Source: a virus | Lineage: Duplodnaviria; Caudoviricetes | Length of the DNA: 64,000 nt | Virus record (IMG/VR): IMGVR_UViG_3300025751_002818 | Location: 26,576 to 90,575 of that record | Strand: one strand, 5' to 3' | In this document: positions 1 to 15,000 of the stretch, piece by piece | Numbering within the stretch: position 1 is the stretch's first letter | Layout of the letters: each line of letters begins with the position of its first letter | Notes under the pieces: generated by a model | Databases searched by the model: none | What the model was told of the DNA's origin: nothing | What the model saw: the letters and a program-made list of their open reading frames with translations, nothing else | Position numbers and translations under genes: made by a program

Positions 1-3000
1 ATTTTTCCACAAGACGATACAGCAATAGCAGAAAAAATTTATAGAATACAAGACAACAGCGGTACAATTCAATTTGTTGAAGATACATCTTTAAGTAATT
101 TAGTTGTTACTAATGGACAGGTGTATAGCATCACAGGAACTAATATAGGTTTAGATTACTATTGGACAGGCACATCATGGAAACAAGCACAACAAAAAAT
201 TCAAATTAATCAAGAGCCGTTATTTAATTTATATGACTCTGCAGGTACAAAAGTAGATGACCCTGCAAAATATCCGCACAGTGATTTCAAAGGCTGTCCT
301 GTATTTACATACAACACTGATAAAACAAGTACTAAACAAACATCATATGATGCAGTTTTAGGTGCTAATGTTGTTTACCAAACAAGCAAATTCAACAGTG
401 AGCCAACATTTTTTAATCATCTGGGTAATCATACAGTAAATTACAAAGCAAATTTATTAGCAAATACATCTACAATACCTGGATATTTGTTTTACAAAGA
501 TTTACAACAAGATTATAAAGGCAATGACAACACAAGATTTAAGAACAATTGGCATCCAATAAGTTATCCACATCAATACAGAGACTTTAGTAATGTAGAA
601 ACATATTTTACAAACGAAGTTGTAAAATACGAAGGGCAATATTTTATAGCAAATGCAAATATTTCTGCAGGTAGTTTTAATATTAGTAATTTTAAATATT
701 ATGAAGACGATAATTCCTTATATTCAAAACAGTATGTAGAAGATGTCATTATAATTGACAAAGTTAATTCAGCAGATAAATTTTTTACAACAAGTGCATC
801 ACCTCACAATAATGATATAATTGTTAAATTAAACGATACTGCTCTCACTATAAACAAAGACTTCGCAATTAGAAATAGCAGTACAGGTATTGTAATAAAT
901 CCTACACTTAATGACGTGTCATTAAATAACACAGGTTTAGGGTATGAAGTTGGTGATATACTTACTTTAAGTATAGCAGGAAGCAATAGTAATATTGCAA
1001 TTACTGTTACCGATGCAGAATCATATGACGGAAACATCAGTAACGGCGGCGGACAGATTAAAACTATTTCAGTTTCAAACTATGGCCTTTACAGCGAATT
1101 GGTTGGCCACCCTGGAAATATTACATCAATTGTTACTACAGCATCTAATAACGGACACGGAGTCGATGCAACATTTAACTTTACATTTAATCAAACAGTA
1201 ACTTTAAAAAATACAGATGTATTAAATGTTAAGACATTTACAAAAGAAGGAAGAAAAACAACAATTGATTCATACGGATTCTTTGAGATTCCAAGTGCAT
1301 TAAAATATAATCCGTTGAACACTGAAATCACAGAAACCAGATTGAGCGATCTTATTGGTCATGGAAATAAATTGTTACTAGGGCAAGAAGGTTTTAGCGG
1401 TAAAGTCACTGGCAATAACAATTTCAAAGATACAAGTAAAACATTTAATGTAAATGATATTAACATTGGCCAAATAGATTCTGATTTACTGCACTCCATG
1501 TATTTAAGTAAGAACGAAGACAGGAATTTAATTAATGCATTGAGATTTGGCAATGATCAATACAATAACTTTAAAAAGAAATTTATATCAAATTTAGAAC
1601 TTTATATCAATAACAATGACTATTTAAGTCAAACAAATTTAGAAATACTAGACACGGTACTAAAAACTATAAAATCTAGCAAAGTCACTGAAGGTGGGTT
1701 TGACTTGTCTTATATGGTTCCAATTGGTACAGATTACAGCAATGAAGAAATTGTAATTAGCAATGTGAGTTTACAGGAATACACATTTAGTAACACAGTC
1801 AATATTGCATTAGATAAAAACTTATACATATTACAACATAATAATACAGTTTTATGTGCAGACAAAGATTTTACTGTGGATTCATACTTACCGTTTGATA
1901 TTACATTGAACAATAGTATTACATTAGCAGAAAATGACACTCTAAATTTACGAATATATGAAGACAGCGAATCTGCAGATGTTCCAGCAAGTTTATCTAA
2001 ACTAGGTATGTTCAGGGCATTCCAGCCTCAGTTTATGACCGATACATCATATCAGGTCAACAAAGATGTAATTTTGTGTCATGATGGTAGTTATGTGATT
2101 AAACAAAACGACAAAATTGATGATATTATATTAACATTTGAACAAATTATTTACAGTAATATAGAAGAAGAATACAGGAACTGTGAATACATAGAACTAA
2201 ATGAGTATGAAATTAAACCAAGTTTCTTCTGTGAAACCGATTACAGCCTAGTTGAATACAACAAATTATTAACCACAAATTTTAACAAATGGAATAGACA
2301 AAGCAAAGTAGATTATAGAACAAATACTGTATTCGATAGCACAAATGAATTTACATGGAATTATGCAAGTGGACCCACAGAACCAGGATACTGGAGAGGC
2401 ATGTATGATTACTACTATGATACACAAACACCTACAGTTACTCCGTGGGAAATGTTTGGCTACTGTAAAAAGCCATCATGGTGGGACACTGAATATCCAA
2501 CAGCAATTACAAGTTCATATACAGCATTTTGGAATAATGTTAGAGATGGATACATACCAGCAGGAAGTAGAAAAGGATACTGGAAACGTTGGGCAAGACC
2601 AACTATTTATAGTTACTTGCCAGTTGATTCCTCTGGTAACTTAAGATCACCCAAAGAAATAGTTTACACATCGCTCACAGGAGATTCTTTAAACATAGAC
2701 AATCTATGGGCCTTCGGTGATATTGCACCAGTAGAATATGCTTGGAGAAAAAGCAGTCACTATCCGTTTGCAATATTAGAAATGCTTTACTTGTCTAGAC
2801 CAGGTGAGTTTGCTAAATTATTTTATGATAAAAGAAATTTACAAAGATTAAGTGTTCAGCCTGAGCAACTAGTTGACAAAACTACAGGTAAACGTAAATT
2901 AAGACAAAATTTTGAACCACATGGTTATAAGTCTACAGACAATATTATAACATTGAGACCAGGATACACGACATTATTATATCAATATTTGTCATTTTAC

Positions 3001-6000
3001 TCATTGAATATAAATGTTGAAATAGGAAATCCTGTTAAAACTTTGGACACACGACTAGGGCATAAATTTGCAGGATTTGTAAACAGTAAACAACTTAACG
3101 TCTTTAGTGAAAGCATCAGTACAGATGGGTTAAGTGCAAGTCAAGTACTGCCTAAAGAAGATGTAACAGTAAACTTACATACAAGTCCTTTTAACAGTAG
3201 AAACTTTTACACAGGTGTAAAAATTACAAAACAAGCAGAAGGATATAGTGTTTCAGGTTTTGATACAGTATCGCAATATTTTGATATTATACCTAGTGAT
3301 GTTGCAGGGCCATTTGAAGGCGTACAAGAAGGCGGGACTCCAGCAGACTTTAGTGTATTCGAAACACTAACATCTTATCTCAAAGACGAAATTATTAAAT
3401 TAGGTAGTGTTTATTACATAGCCAAACAGAATATATCACCAGGTGCATTTGATTCTAATATGTGGACACCGTTAAAATCATTGCCCACAATTGGCGGAGC
3501 ATCCGGTACTGTCTATCAATTAGGCACAGGTGTTACAGAAAAAGTTTATTACGATACAGTATTTCAAAATGCAGGAAAAGTTTTTGATTTCTTAATAAGT
3601 TTAAGCAGAAAACAAAAAGAGATTGGCTTTGACTTTGGCGAGTTTGATAGCAGTATTAATAGCATGAATGACTGGATACTTGCAGGAAAACGATTCCTAT
3701 TTTGGTCAACAGAAAATCATGAAATCGGTGATAGTATTAAACTAAGTCCGTTAGCAGAGACATTAAAATTTGTTAGTACAACTGGTAAAATATCAAAAAT
3801 TAACAGGCAAATTAATGAACAATATTCTATAGTAGACGAAAACAACAAAGCAATTATACCTGAAGACTGTTCAATTGTTAGAGAAGATAATACAATTACT
3901 GTTTCTCCAATTGGCAATAGAATATATGGTATGCTGTTACATACAGAATTAGTTGAACATGCTTTTGTTATAAACAACAAAACAGTTTTCAATGATATAA
4001 TTAACGACAATGTTCTTGGAATAAGACAAGACAGGCTAGAAATTAATACTCAACGAAGTAGAAATTGGGATGGTAGATATCAAGCAGAAGGTTTAGTGAT
4101 TGTTGGCGATGCAGTATTGCCAAACTTTGATACACTAATAGACAGCATACGATTGTACCACGACAAAGATACTACACAATTAGATCCATTAAAATCGCAA
4201 CTAGCAAAAGGATTACTAGGATATCAAACTACCAATGAGTATGCTGATATCAAAATAGATGACACCATTGGGTTCCAGTACTATAAAGGATTAATAAATC
4301 AAAAAGGTACTGCTAATTCACTTACAAGTTTGATTAGATCTAATGTTGTGAATACAAATAAAAACATTGAGATTTTTGAAGAATGGGCAATTAAACGTGG
4401 CGAATTTGGTGATGTTTATAATCATCAAAGTATGGATATAAAATTAGAACAAGATAAGTTTACTAGAGATAATCAACAAATAGAAATAATTTATCCTGAA
4501 AATGTCACAGGTGCAGTATCAAATATTTTTGTGTTTGAAAGAAATACAACATATTACAATGTACCTACCATAGAAATTGATCCACCAGCAAGTGGAAATG
4601 CCGCACAGGCAACAGCAAAACTTTTTGCTAATGCTCAATTAGAAAGTGTTACAATTACAAACGGCGGCGACGGATATGCAAGTAAGCCAAATGTTGCAGT
4701 TATTACAGGTAATATTGTTATTTCTCAATTTAGTGATGTATTAGCATTTGGATTAGCAGGCAGTAATGCTTCGGTAGATTTACCACTAACTGGTGCAAAT
4801 GCAGTAACAAATGTAAACATATATGATCATACAACTGAAAGTAATTTAGATATTTACTTAGGCAATGAAAGAAGTATTGATAGTGTTGTTGAATTACTTA
4901 ACAACAAATTTACCAATGCCAATATTGCAAATATTGTTGCATACGGAGACATTGATACTGAAACAGAAAAACACCTTGTGACCCAAGTCACTAAGGCTGG
5001 TTCTAATACTAGGATATCAACAGATAGAGCAACAATTACTTCTAACACATCAATAGAAATTAACACACCAGTTGGCAGTAATGCCTTTGTTATTACAAAC
5101 GGTGCGTCAACTTTGACATTAAGTAATGTTGATTCAATAACAAATACTAACCCTGCTACAGTTACATTAACAACTAAAACAGGATTTACGCCATTGCAAA
5201 ATGGTGATACATTAACTTTTGTTAACCATGAACCTTATAGTGTTCTTACGTCAGACATACTGAATAAAACATATTTTGTAAAAGCAACTGCTGACTCAAC
5301 TATATATGAATTATACACAAATGAAACATTAACAGCAAACGTAGATGCTACTTCGTGGTACAATGAATCTGTAAGCGGTACAGATACACACTTACAATCT
5401 GTTGGAGCATATCGAAGTGCAGAAGCAGACCTAGTAAATGTAGATTTTAATTACAGTACAATTACAGGATCAGGAATTCGTAATACAAGTTATTTTGCAG
5501 AATTAAGTGCATTTAATAATTCGTATTATGCAGAAGCAGGTACAAGTAATACACAAATTAAGTTATATACTGATCCAGCATTACAGATACCACTTAATAC
5601 AACTGCATTATCAAAACCATTCTCAGACACTAACCTTGCAAACGATTTCATACAAGCAAATGTTACAGTCTTAGGAACAGGCGGCGACAATAGGCTGTTT
5701 ATAAAAGGTACCGATTTTACTATTAGAGAAGTAAGACTGCCTGGTAAATTGTCAGATGAAACAACTCTAGAAGTTTTAAATATACCTGCAGGAAGATATC
5801 AGCCTACTCAAAGATTCCCAATAAGGTCTGCTAACAATACAACAACTAACGATATTATTGTTAGTGTAGACGGCAAAAACGTAGGTACAACATATTGGTC
5901 ATATGATAGAGGTGCTAGAACTAGTATAACAGCAAATGCCTCAATTGTCAACGATTATAACATAAATCCTAACAATGCCTTTAGTATTGTTTTAGGAGGA

Positions 6001-9000
6001 CAAAACAGGTTTGAAGATCAAAATATTACTAGACTAAACGGATTATATCCATTTGCAGAAATTTACATTGATGGAAATAAAGTTAATAATACACCAGACT
6101 ATGATGCATTTACATTAACTAATGATTTAACTGAAACAACAATTAGTTTTAGTAATGCATCACTATACACTGATAATTTCAGCATTGGTTCTAACATTAC
6201 AGTTATAGAAAGCGGTTCAGTACAATTTAACAATACATTTACAGCAGATGTACCAGGAAAAGTGTTAAGCATTAAGAGTGTAGCAAACGATACACTTATT
6301 GCAAATACCATTAGTAAACGTACATATGAACGCACCAAAGATATTTTAACAGATAATAAAATCACAATTGACATAGACGACACAGAGACTATGTTAAAAA
6401 GACCAAGCAACTCGTTACAAGATGGGTTATGGTATAGAGATAACAAACAAGATTATATAGTACCAAATGCAGGATATGTAAACAGAAACAAAGTAAATTG
6501 GGAAAGTATCGACCTTCCTTATTTTGCAAATCTAATTGGATCTGGCAAAGTAAATATACCAAATGAAAATGATTACTTGCATTTAGGAAAATCAGAAAAT
6601 GAAGATTGGAATGTTTTCCAATTAAAGAAACACGGAATAGAAAGTACAACAGGAAATGTATCAGGTGCTAAAAATTACATTGACAATGTAAACGGCAGAG
6701 CAATGTTGTTTTCAGATCAGCGATTGTCTAAATGGACAGATGGAAATATTTTAGGTGATAAAACAAATGCAAATTTTTACGATAACATAGTTGTAATTAA
6801 AAATGCTAATTTGTCAGATACCGTATTAGAGTGGAGCAATGAAAACTTTGTATTCACTCCAAGAGTAGTATATAAAGGCGACTATAAACCGTTAAAGAAA
6901 ATTAATAGAGGCATTGTAAAAATTGAGCCAGGGCACACAAAGCCTATAACAAAAGTAGAACCATATAAAGATCAAAATTATATGGCAAGGATATATGCAG
7001 AAAAATCTCACCCTGCGCCTGGTTTAGAATTTTTTACTAGAGCAAGTGTTATTAAAGATAACTTACCAAATGCTCATGCAAATTCAGTATTAATATCTCC
7101 TAATTCATTAGCAGGATTAGGTGTAGGTGACATAGTAAGATTTACAGGCACACAGGCAACTGCCGCAAATTTAACACTTGGTAAAGCATATACTGTAACA
7201 GGTATAAGTGAAAGAGGACTTGGCGGTAACCCAGGTGCTGTAGATGTTGATGATCCTTCAAAAGGTTTCTTCACAATCAATGAGGCTAACGTCACTGGCA
7301 CAGACTATGCGTCTATTAATTCAGATTGTTATGTTACATATGAATCAGATTTAGACTTTAACGTAAATATGAAAGTTAAAGGACTATCCGGTGCAAGTAC
7401 TGTATTGCTAGAAGTAGGAGACACATATAATTTAAATGTTTCCAGTTATATATCAAATGGTTTAGATATAGACTTTGGTTTAACTAGTGGAGAAAGAATT
7501 ACTAATACAAATGATTTTTATGTAGAGGATTCTAGTTATGCAGTTGCTAATTGGAATTCTTCCAGTAAAACATTTGAAATTTCAAGTAATGTTACAACAC
7601 AAACAGCCGCAATTACAAGACCAGGATTTAATGAAATTACACTAGCCGCATTTGGTAATAGCGATGGCAAGGGAAATAGCACACTTGCTGGAGCCAACTC
7701 AGCAATAATTGACAAAGGTGACTTTGTGCAATTTACCAGTGTAGGTAATTATTCAGGTAATGTATACCCAGTTCAAAGCAATGATGGTAACTTTATACAA
7801 ATTTATGATCCTGCAATAACAAGTAATACAGCAGGAAGAACAGCAGTGGTATACACAGGTTCTAAAGAAACTAGAACAGGAAGTATTTCCAGTCTAACAA
7901 GTAACGCATTGACATTATCTAGTTTTACAACTAGTAATTTAGGAAACTATGGATTTGGTAATGTTCAATATATGAATTCAAATACTAGCACCGGTGTAAT
8001 ACCTGGTGTGTCCGGTTCAGAAAGACCATTTAAAATTAATGGAAATACTGTTATTGTAGATGTTGCAGATTCAGTAAGAACAATGCAAACTAGATTCCCT
8101 GTACATACATTAAGAGATACCACAAACAATACTGTTGATTTATTCTTTAGAGATAATGGTGCAGGCGAGTTTGCCAGAGTATTGTTTAATGACAGTGAAA
8201 AAACACCAGAAGAACAACAGTTACTAAGTAACGATCCGAGTAAACTATTTAATTATAATAATAAACCAGTTTACCTAGGCTTAGGATTACCAATAAGTCG
8301 AAATCAACTATCATTAGAAACTGACTTTACAGGTATACCAGAATCGTTAAGATCAATTGATGGAGTAGAGTTAGACCTAGAATTTAGATATGTAACAGAA
8401 CAAGGCTTACTAGAACTATTAAGACAAACTGGCATTAAAGGAAAACTAGTAACGTCAGATACAAGTTCAGTAGAATTTGTTAATAATGCATACGAAATGT
8501 TATCCAAAACAGAAAATTTTGACTCAGCATGGTGGATAGAAAACTTTACATATACAAGTGACAATCCTTCATTGGATGGTATGTATATTGAATTACAAGC
8601 CAGAAACGGAAATAATGTCACAAGCAAGTTAGATCTTATACCAAGACATATAGGAGAACACGAGGCATTTAATATAACAGGTGAAGTAGAAAAAGGATTA
8701 ACAATTTCCACTGTAGCATCAAGACTGCTTGATAAAAATAATAAGCACAAATTAAAACTTGATTTCTCTGATCTACATCCTATGTCATTTACAAAAGTAA
8801 TATCAGTAATAGATAAAAAACAAAATGATTTAATTTGGACTGACCCTAATGGAAATATAATACAGGTACATCCTTCGCAACCTATGAAAATAAGGAGTTC
8901 GTTAAAAACAAACAAACTTAAACCTAGTCATGTAAATGGTGGGCATTATCCATTTGAATGGTGGAGCGAAGATGTAAAGAATGTTTTATCTCAGGGTGCA

Positions 9001-12000
9001 GACAATAAAATTATATTAAATTTAGGATTTGAAAATGGATTAACAACATATCCTGGTAATAATAATTTTGATATTGCAGTACCATTAGTAATAGTACATG
9101 GAGCAAAATTTAAATATACACTTGCTCCTACAACTAAAAACGAATTATTAAATTTAAGAGTTGCTATCAAAGATGACACTGGTAATATATCGCAAGTAGT
9201 AGATAGAAAAATTACTTCAGTAGGACAGTCTAGTATCACAATTGATAATAGTGATAATACATTTACAACTAATGACACAACAAATAATTTAAATGCAATA
9301 ATTTATCAAGTAGATGAAAATAAAAACAAACAAGTATTAGCAAATGACTATGGTTCGCCAGTAGAAAAATCTACTACTGATAATGGTTATTCAGCAGTAC
9401 TATTGCAACCAAAGAATGCATTAAGTTCGTTAAGTAACGGAAATACATTAGGTTACATTAGCACATTACCTACACAAATAGGTTCAGCAGGCACATTCTA
9501 TGTGGGCATTAATAATTCAGCAAATGTATCGTTAGATTCTATTTTTGGAAGTAACTTAGATATTGCATTAGATTACTTACCGTTGAATCACACTGGTGTA
9601 ACTTCTAAACAAATTGACGTGACTAATGTCAATGTTGCAATAGATGTACATGTAATTGAGCCACAGCATAAAATGTTTATGGACACAGAAGCAGTTAATA
9701 ATAGTATTTTACGATTTGCTGATACTGTACACGGTGCAAATTCTATATTAACAGGTAATATACTTGTAGCAAATACTCAAACAAATTATGCAATTATTCC
9801 AAAAGGTATATCTAATAATGTTGGAGATTTTGCAATCAATGAAACTCAAAAAAATAGTTTAGGTATAATTGTGTCGTCTGCTTATGGACCGCATCTGGTG
9901 TTAAATAAGCCAAATAATTTATTAAGTGTAAACGATACAATTTTTGTAAATACTAGCGGTTCGGCTAACGGAATAAACAATACTGAATTTAGAATTAGAG
10001 AAGTTACAGAAAATACATTTACAATTAAATTAGCAAATACTAATGTAATACCTACAGCAGAATTAAGCAGTATGAAGTATTTGACATACGGGTCACCGAT
10101 CATACAAGGAACTGCATCGACAAGCACAGTAACTACAAGAACAATTCACGTACCTGCAAATATACATGTATTTGAGCCTGGTGACAACATTACATTAAAT
10201 ACTGGTGCAGTAGATACAGCAAGTGTAAATGGTCAAACGTATATTGTAAGTGCTGTACTTGAAAATGCAATAATGATCAATCATGCTACTGCTCCTACAA
10301 GTTTAACAACAAATTTAACAGCATCACTCACAGGAAATGCAAATTTACATATTGTAACACTACCTAGAGGATATGCTATACCTGGGGTCACAGGAAGTAT
10401 ATATGACCCTGAAAATAATTATTCACTTGGTAGTAATACTACTGTTACCTTAAACAAAATAACAGATTTAGATTTTGATAAAAATTTCACTACTACTGAT
10501 AGTAAGCCAGTAATGTATTTTGAAAAAGATTTAGGCACATCATTTAATGATGACGAATACATGATAGACATCTACGAAGCAACAAGGTTCTACAGTAAAG
10601 ATCATAAAATTGGAAAAGTTGATGATAATCAATTAGTAGTATCTTCTACTAATGCAAGTAGCGAAGGTTTAGTAAATATTGAATTGCCAAATGGTCTTAG
10701 AGGATTATCAGTCGGCGCAAATGTTACATTCTCGCACAGTCAGACTGGACATGTATTATCTGGTAATAGTTTTGTTGTAAAAGATTTTGTTAATATAGTA
10801 GATAACATAGAAGGCGGTAGTGAACAATATATTACTATTGAGGCACCTGGTGCCACAGCAACAGCAAATGTATTCTCAGTATCATATGATAACTACATAC
10901 CATCGCAAAACAGATCAATTAAAATTAGTAAAACTAAAAATTATGATGGATTTGCTACACCATTTATGGCAGATAAAGATTCATTTGTAGTTAATACTGT
11001 TTACACAGGAAATGCAATTACAAATGGGCATTGGGTTTCTGACACAATGTTGATTACAGGTACAACCGATTTTCAAAATGAAATAAATCTTAAACCATCA
11101 CATAATCATATTGCTATTAAAAATTCACCAATAAGAAACTATAATGCAACTTACAAAATGGCACCAATAGGATTAGATCAACGCCGTTTAAATAAAAATC
11201 AAATTCAAGTATTTGGATTTACTAATTCAAATGTAGCACTAGAATTTACAGATAAAAATGTTTCTTATAGTTTAACAGATCATAATGTTGTAGAAGTTAA
11301 TGATAACAAAACATACTTGCCAATGCAAGACACAGTTGAACAAGTGGCAGATAGTATAAATTTTGTATCTGACTTCAAAGCAGGTGCAATTGATAAAGAA
11401 AAGAAAATAGAAGTTGGCTTCTTGTTTGGTTATAGAGATCCAAGAAGTGATAATAGATCAGCACCAGACTTTAATCAAAAATATATTCAAAGGCCAGCAG
11501 ATGTCACAGGACTAGATCAGGTTTATTCATATGAATATATTGGAGCACCCGGTGGTAATGCACTCAAAGGCGGTGTAAATAAATATTCACCAATTAAATT
11601 AAATGAGACTATTGCAGAAAGAAGAGCACCTAGTAAATTATCAGGAAAGTATATTATTGATATGCAAGGACTCGAAGAACAAGTATATTATGGAACATTA
11701 AACGAAGAAAGAACAAAACGACCACATGGCGCACCAGCATATAAAGTACTAGATGGAAAAATAACATCAGATAAGCAATTAGTCAAAGACTATGAAAACA
11801 ATCTAAGTAATATGTATTTAGATCCAACATTGAGAACAATTAAAAACAAGGCAGAACCACCATTTGGTTCTCCTAAATTTAGTGTATGGCCATATACAGG
11901 ATATACAGGATATTATGGCGGAGATGTTGCTGGGTTTAATTTTTATGATCATTATGATGGAGTACGTCGACAACTTAACGGCCATGGCGGCGGTGGCGGT

Positions 12001-15000
12001 ATTTCCGGAGGCGGAGGCGGTCCAGGTAATACACCACCACAAGATCCACCACCGCAAGATCCACCAGTACAAGAAACTTGTGGTAAGTTTAGAATAACAT
12101 TATACGATACTAATTCTGGTGAAGAAGGAACAACATACGAATTTGATGACGGCCTGTTTGATATTGTACAGCAATACATAGATTCTGAATATCAGAATAT
12201 TTCAGGTTACCAGAACCAATTTATAGAAGCAGGCGGTACTGGTGCAGACTGGACAACTGTACTTTCATATATTGAAGGCATAGGAGAAAATTATACTAAA
12301 ATTCCATATAATCAAATAGATGTTGATTTATGTGAATTACAAGATCTACATATTAAAGATATAAGTGGCAACACATGTACTTCAAGCGGTGAAGTATTAC
12401 ATTTAGGTGGTTCAGCAGTAAACTTACCTGAAGGATGTGATCCTTGTTCATTAGCAGATTCTATAAATGCTCAATCACCAAACTTTAGAGCAGAATGTGT
12501 ACCAGCAGAAGATAAACGCGAACCTAAGTCTTGTGTTATAAAAGGCGGCAGGCAGGCGTGGGGAACCACAGACTTTAGAGGTGTTGATAAAATTGTTAAA
12601 CTCGGCAATAGCAAAGGTCAGTCAATGGTTTATGTTGGGCAAAGAGACGACAACTATAAATTACTTGAAGGTAGAAAAGATGGTGTACCAACAGTATTAT
12701 TTGGTTCAAGACACGATGATGCGAGATTAATGGTTAGCATAGACGGTCCAAATTTGTTAAAAACTATTAAGTTACAATTAGAAGAAAAAGGCCTCGACCC
12801 AAACTCATACAAATCAATTGTGCTAAGAAGTACAACAAACAACGATCAAGCAGGTGAGTTATTACATTGGAAGAATTCTACAAGCAGAATAACAAATACT
12901 GGTTCTGGTATAAAAGGCGAGTACAATAATATAGATGACCGTCCATTTGCAATCGTGTACGCACCAGCATCAGGCTCAGTGTTTGACGAAGGCCAGCAAC
13001 TGCAAACCATTCAATATGGTAAAGACAATATGCATCGAGGTATTAATAAAGATACTATTTCAGTTTACGTGAGTAAATTAAACAGAAGCAGTTATGATTA
13101 TGGTACAAAAGGAAAAGGTATTTTATACAGATTACCAAAAAATGGATCAAGTCAGCACAAATACCTAGGAGACTTATTTAACTTCACAGTTATTGATGAT
13201 TTATATTTAGGAGGATTTGGTAGCAGAACAGATGAAGATACAAGAAGCAATGCAATTACTACAACAGAAGAGCAAGACGATAGAGGATTTAAGTTTACAA
13301 AAATAACAGGCTACGGAGAACGGGTACAATCCGGTGGTAAGTGGAAAGACAGAACAGGCGGCTGGTTCCAAGGTTTATGGCAATATCATGCTAAACAGCA
13401 AAGACGTGTACAAGGGTGTACTAGTGCCGAAGATGCCAATATACCACAACTTAATCCAATAGTAAGAATCAAGAGTGCTGTGCCGTTTAGTTTAGGAACA
13501 GGATGTGCTAGAAGTCCATTTACTGAAGTAGGTGACTTCCAACCTTACAGAGAAAAAGTAATAAATTCAAGTGCTAACTTAACAATAGCAAACGCTCTTA
13601 CACCTGAGCAATACAATGAGTTAGGTGGCGATACTACTTCAGTATTCACTCCAAAAGTTATATCAGGCGGTTTACCTGGACAAGAAGTTACTATTGTAGA
13701 TATTATGGGTGCTCCGGATACAAGTAATCCGTTTATGACATCCGACTATATTAGGATAGATGGCTATCCTGTTAATCCAAGATCAGGTGAAGGTACTAGA
13801 GATGGCCAAATAGCAAATGCTAATGTTGGTGTTGTGCAAACTGGTATGGTTGAAGACAGCACAGGTTTCAACTACATGGTTGGTGATAAATTAACCATAG
13901 TAGGAGGAAGACCAAAAACAATCGACGAAGATGCTTATTATCTTAGTGATATTATTGTAACAAACCCAGGTGCTGGATATAATTCATCAACAACAAGATT
14001 AGAAATCGTTGATGCAGAATTAGGAACTATTCTACCTGGAGTACAGATTAATCCAGTATTCCAACCAAGAGATGATGCTGTTACTCCTGTAACAAAAAAT
14101 ACAGGAAGAACTGCAATATCATCTGCTATACTACCTTACAAAACTTATGTAGGCTACAAAGGCTGTAGAGAAACAAATTGGTTAAATGACTTAGATACTA
14201 ATACAGCATTTATTGATAGAGCAGGTAATTCTATTAATGGAATAACACTAGATGCTAGACGTGTCGACATTGGTATAGATTCACTGAATACATACTATGA
14301 AGAAACAGTTGCCTTATCAGCCACAACTGCTATGGAATTAGGCACAACATATAAAGCATTTATTGGTACAAGAAAGTATGAAAACTTTGGCGAATTCATG
14401 ATGTTCAATTTTGAAGAGAATAGTACAACAGGTATCAATGACAGAGGACAAAGTAACTTTACAAGTTCTTTCAGTGAAAGCGAAAGAACTAATTTAAATG
14501 GTGCGTGGATCATGTGCTGGAATATTCCTAACATACAAAATAAATTTAATTCTACAAATGCACATGATAATTTTAGTAACTTAACAACAGGCACAGTTGG
14601 TATAATGAAATCATACTTTGATGCAGAAGCATTTGGACCTTTAACAAGAGATGACTTTAATCACTTTTTAAGCGATAATATAAAAGAAACAAATGGTCGA
14701 ATTGTTAAGTTCTTAAAACTTGCAAATGATAGAGTTTACTTCCAAGTTATGAATCCATATGATTTAGATACATCAGCAGGCAGATCTATAGGTACACCAG
14801 ATTTTACAAACATGTTTGCAAGATTCTATCCAATTAATGCATTAAATGAATTTAGCACTGACACCACATCTACTTTTGCAGATAACTACGAAATAACTAT
14901 AGAAAATGATACTAGTATTTCTAGTAATGTAACAGCATCTGGTACAGCAACATTTACAATGAATTCAAAAGATGCTGTACACGGTCTTAAAGTAAAAGCA

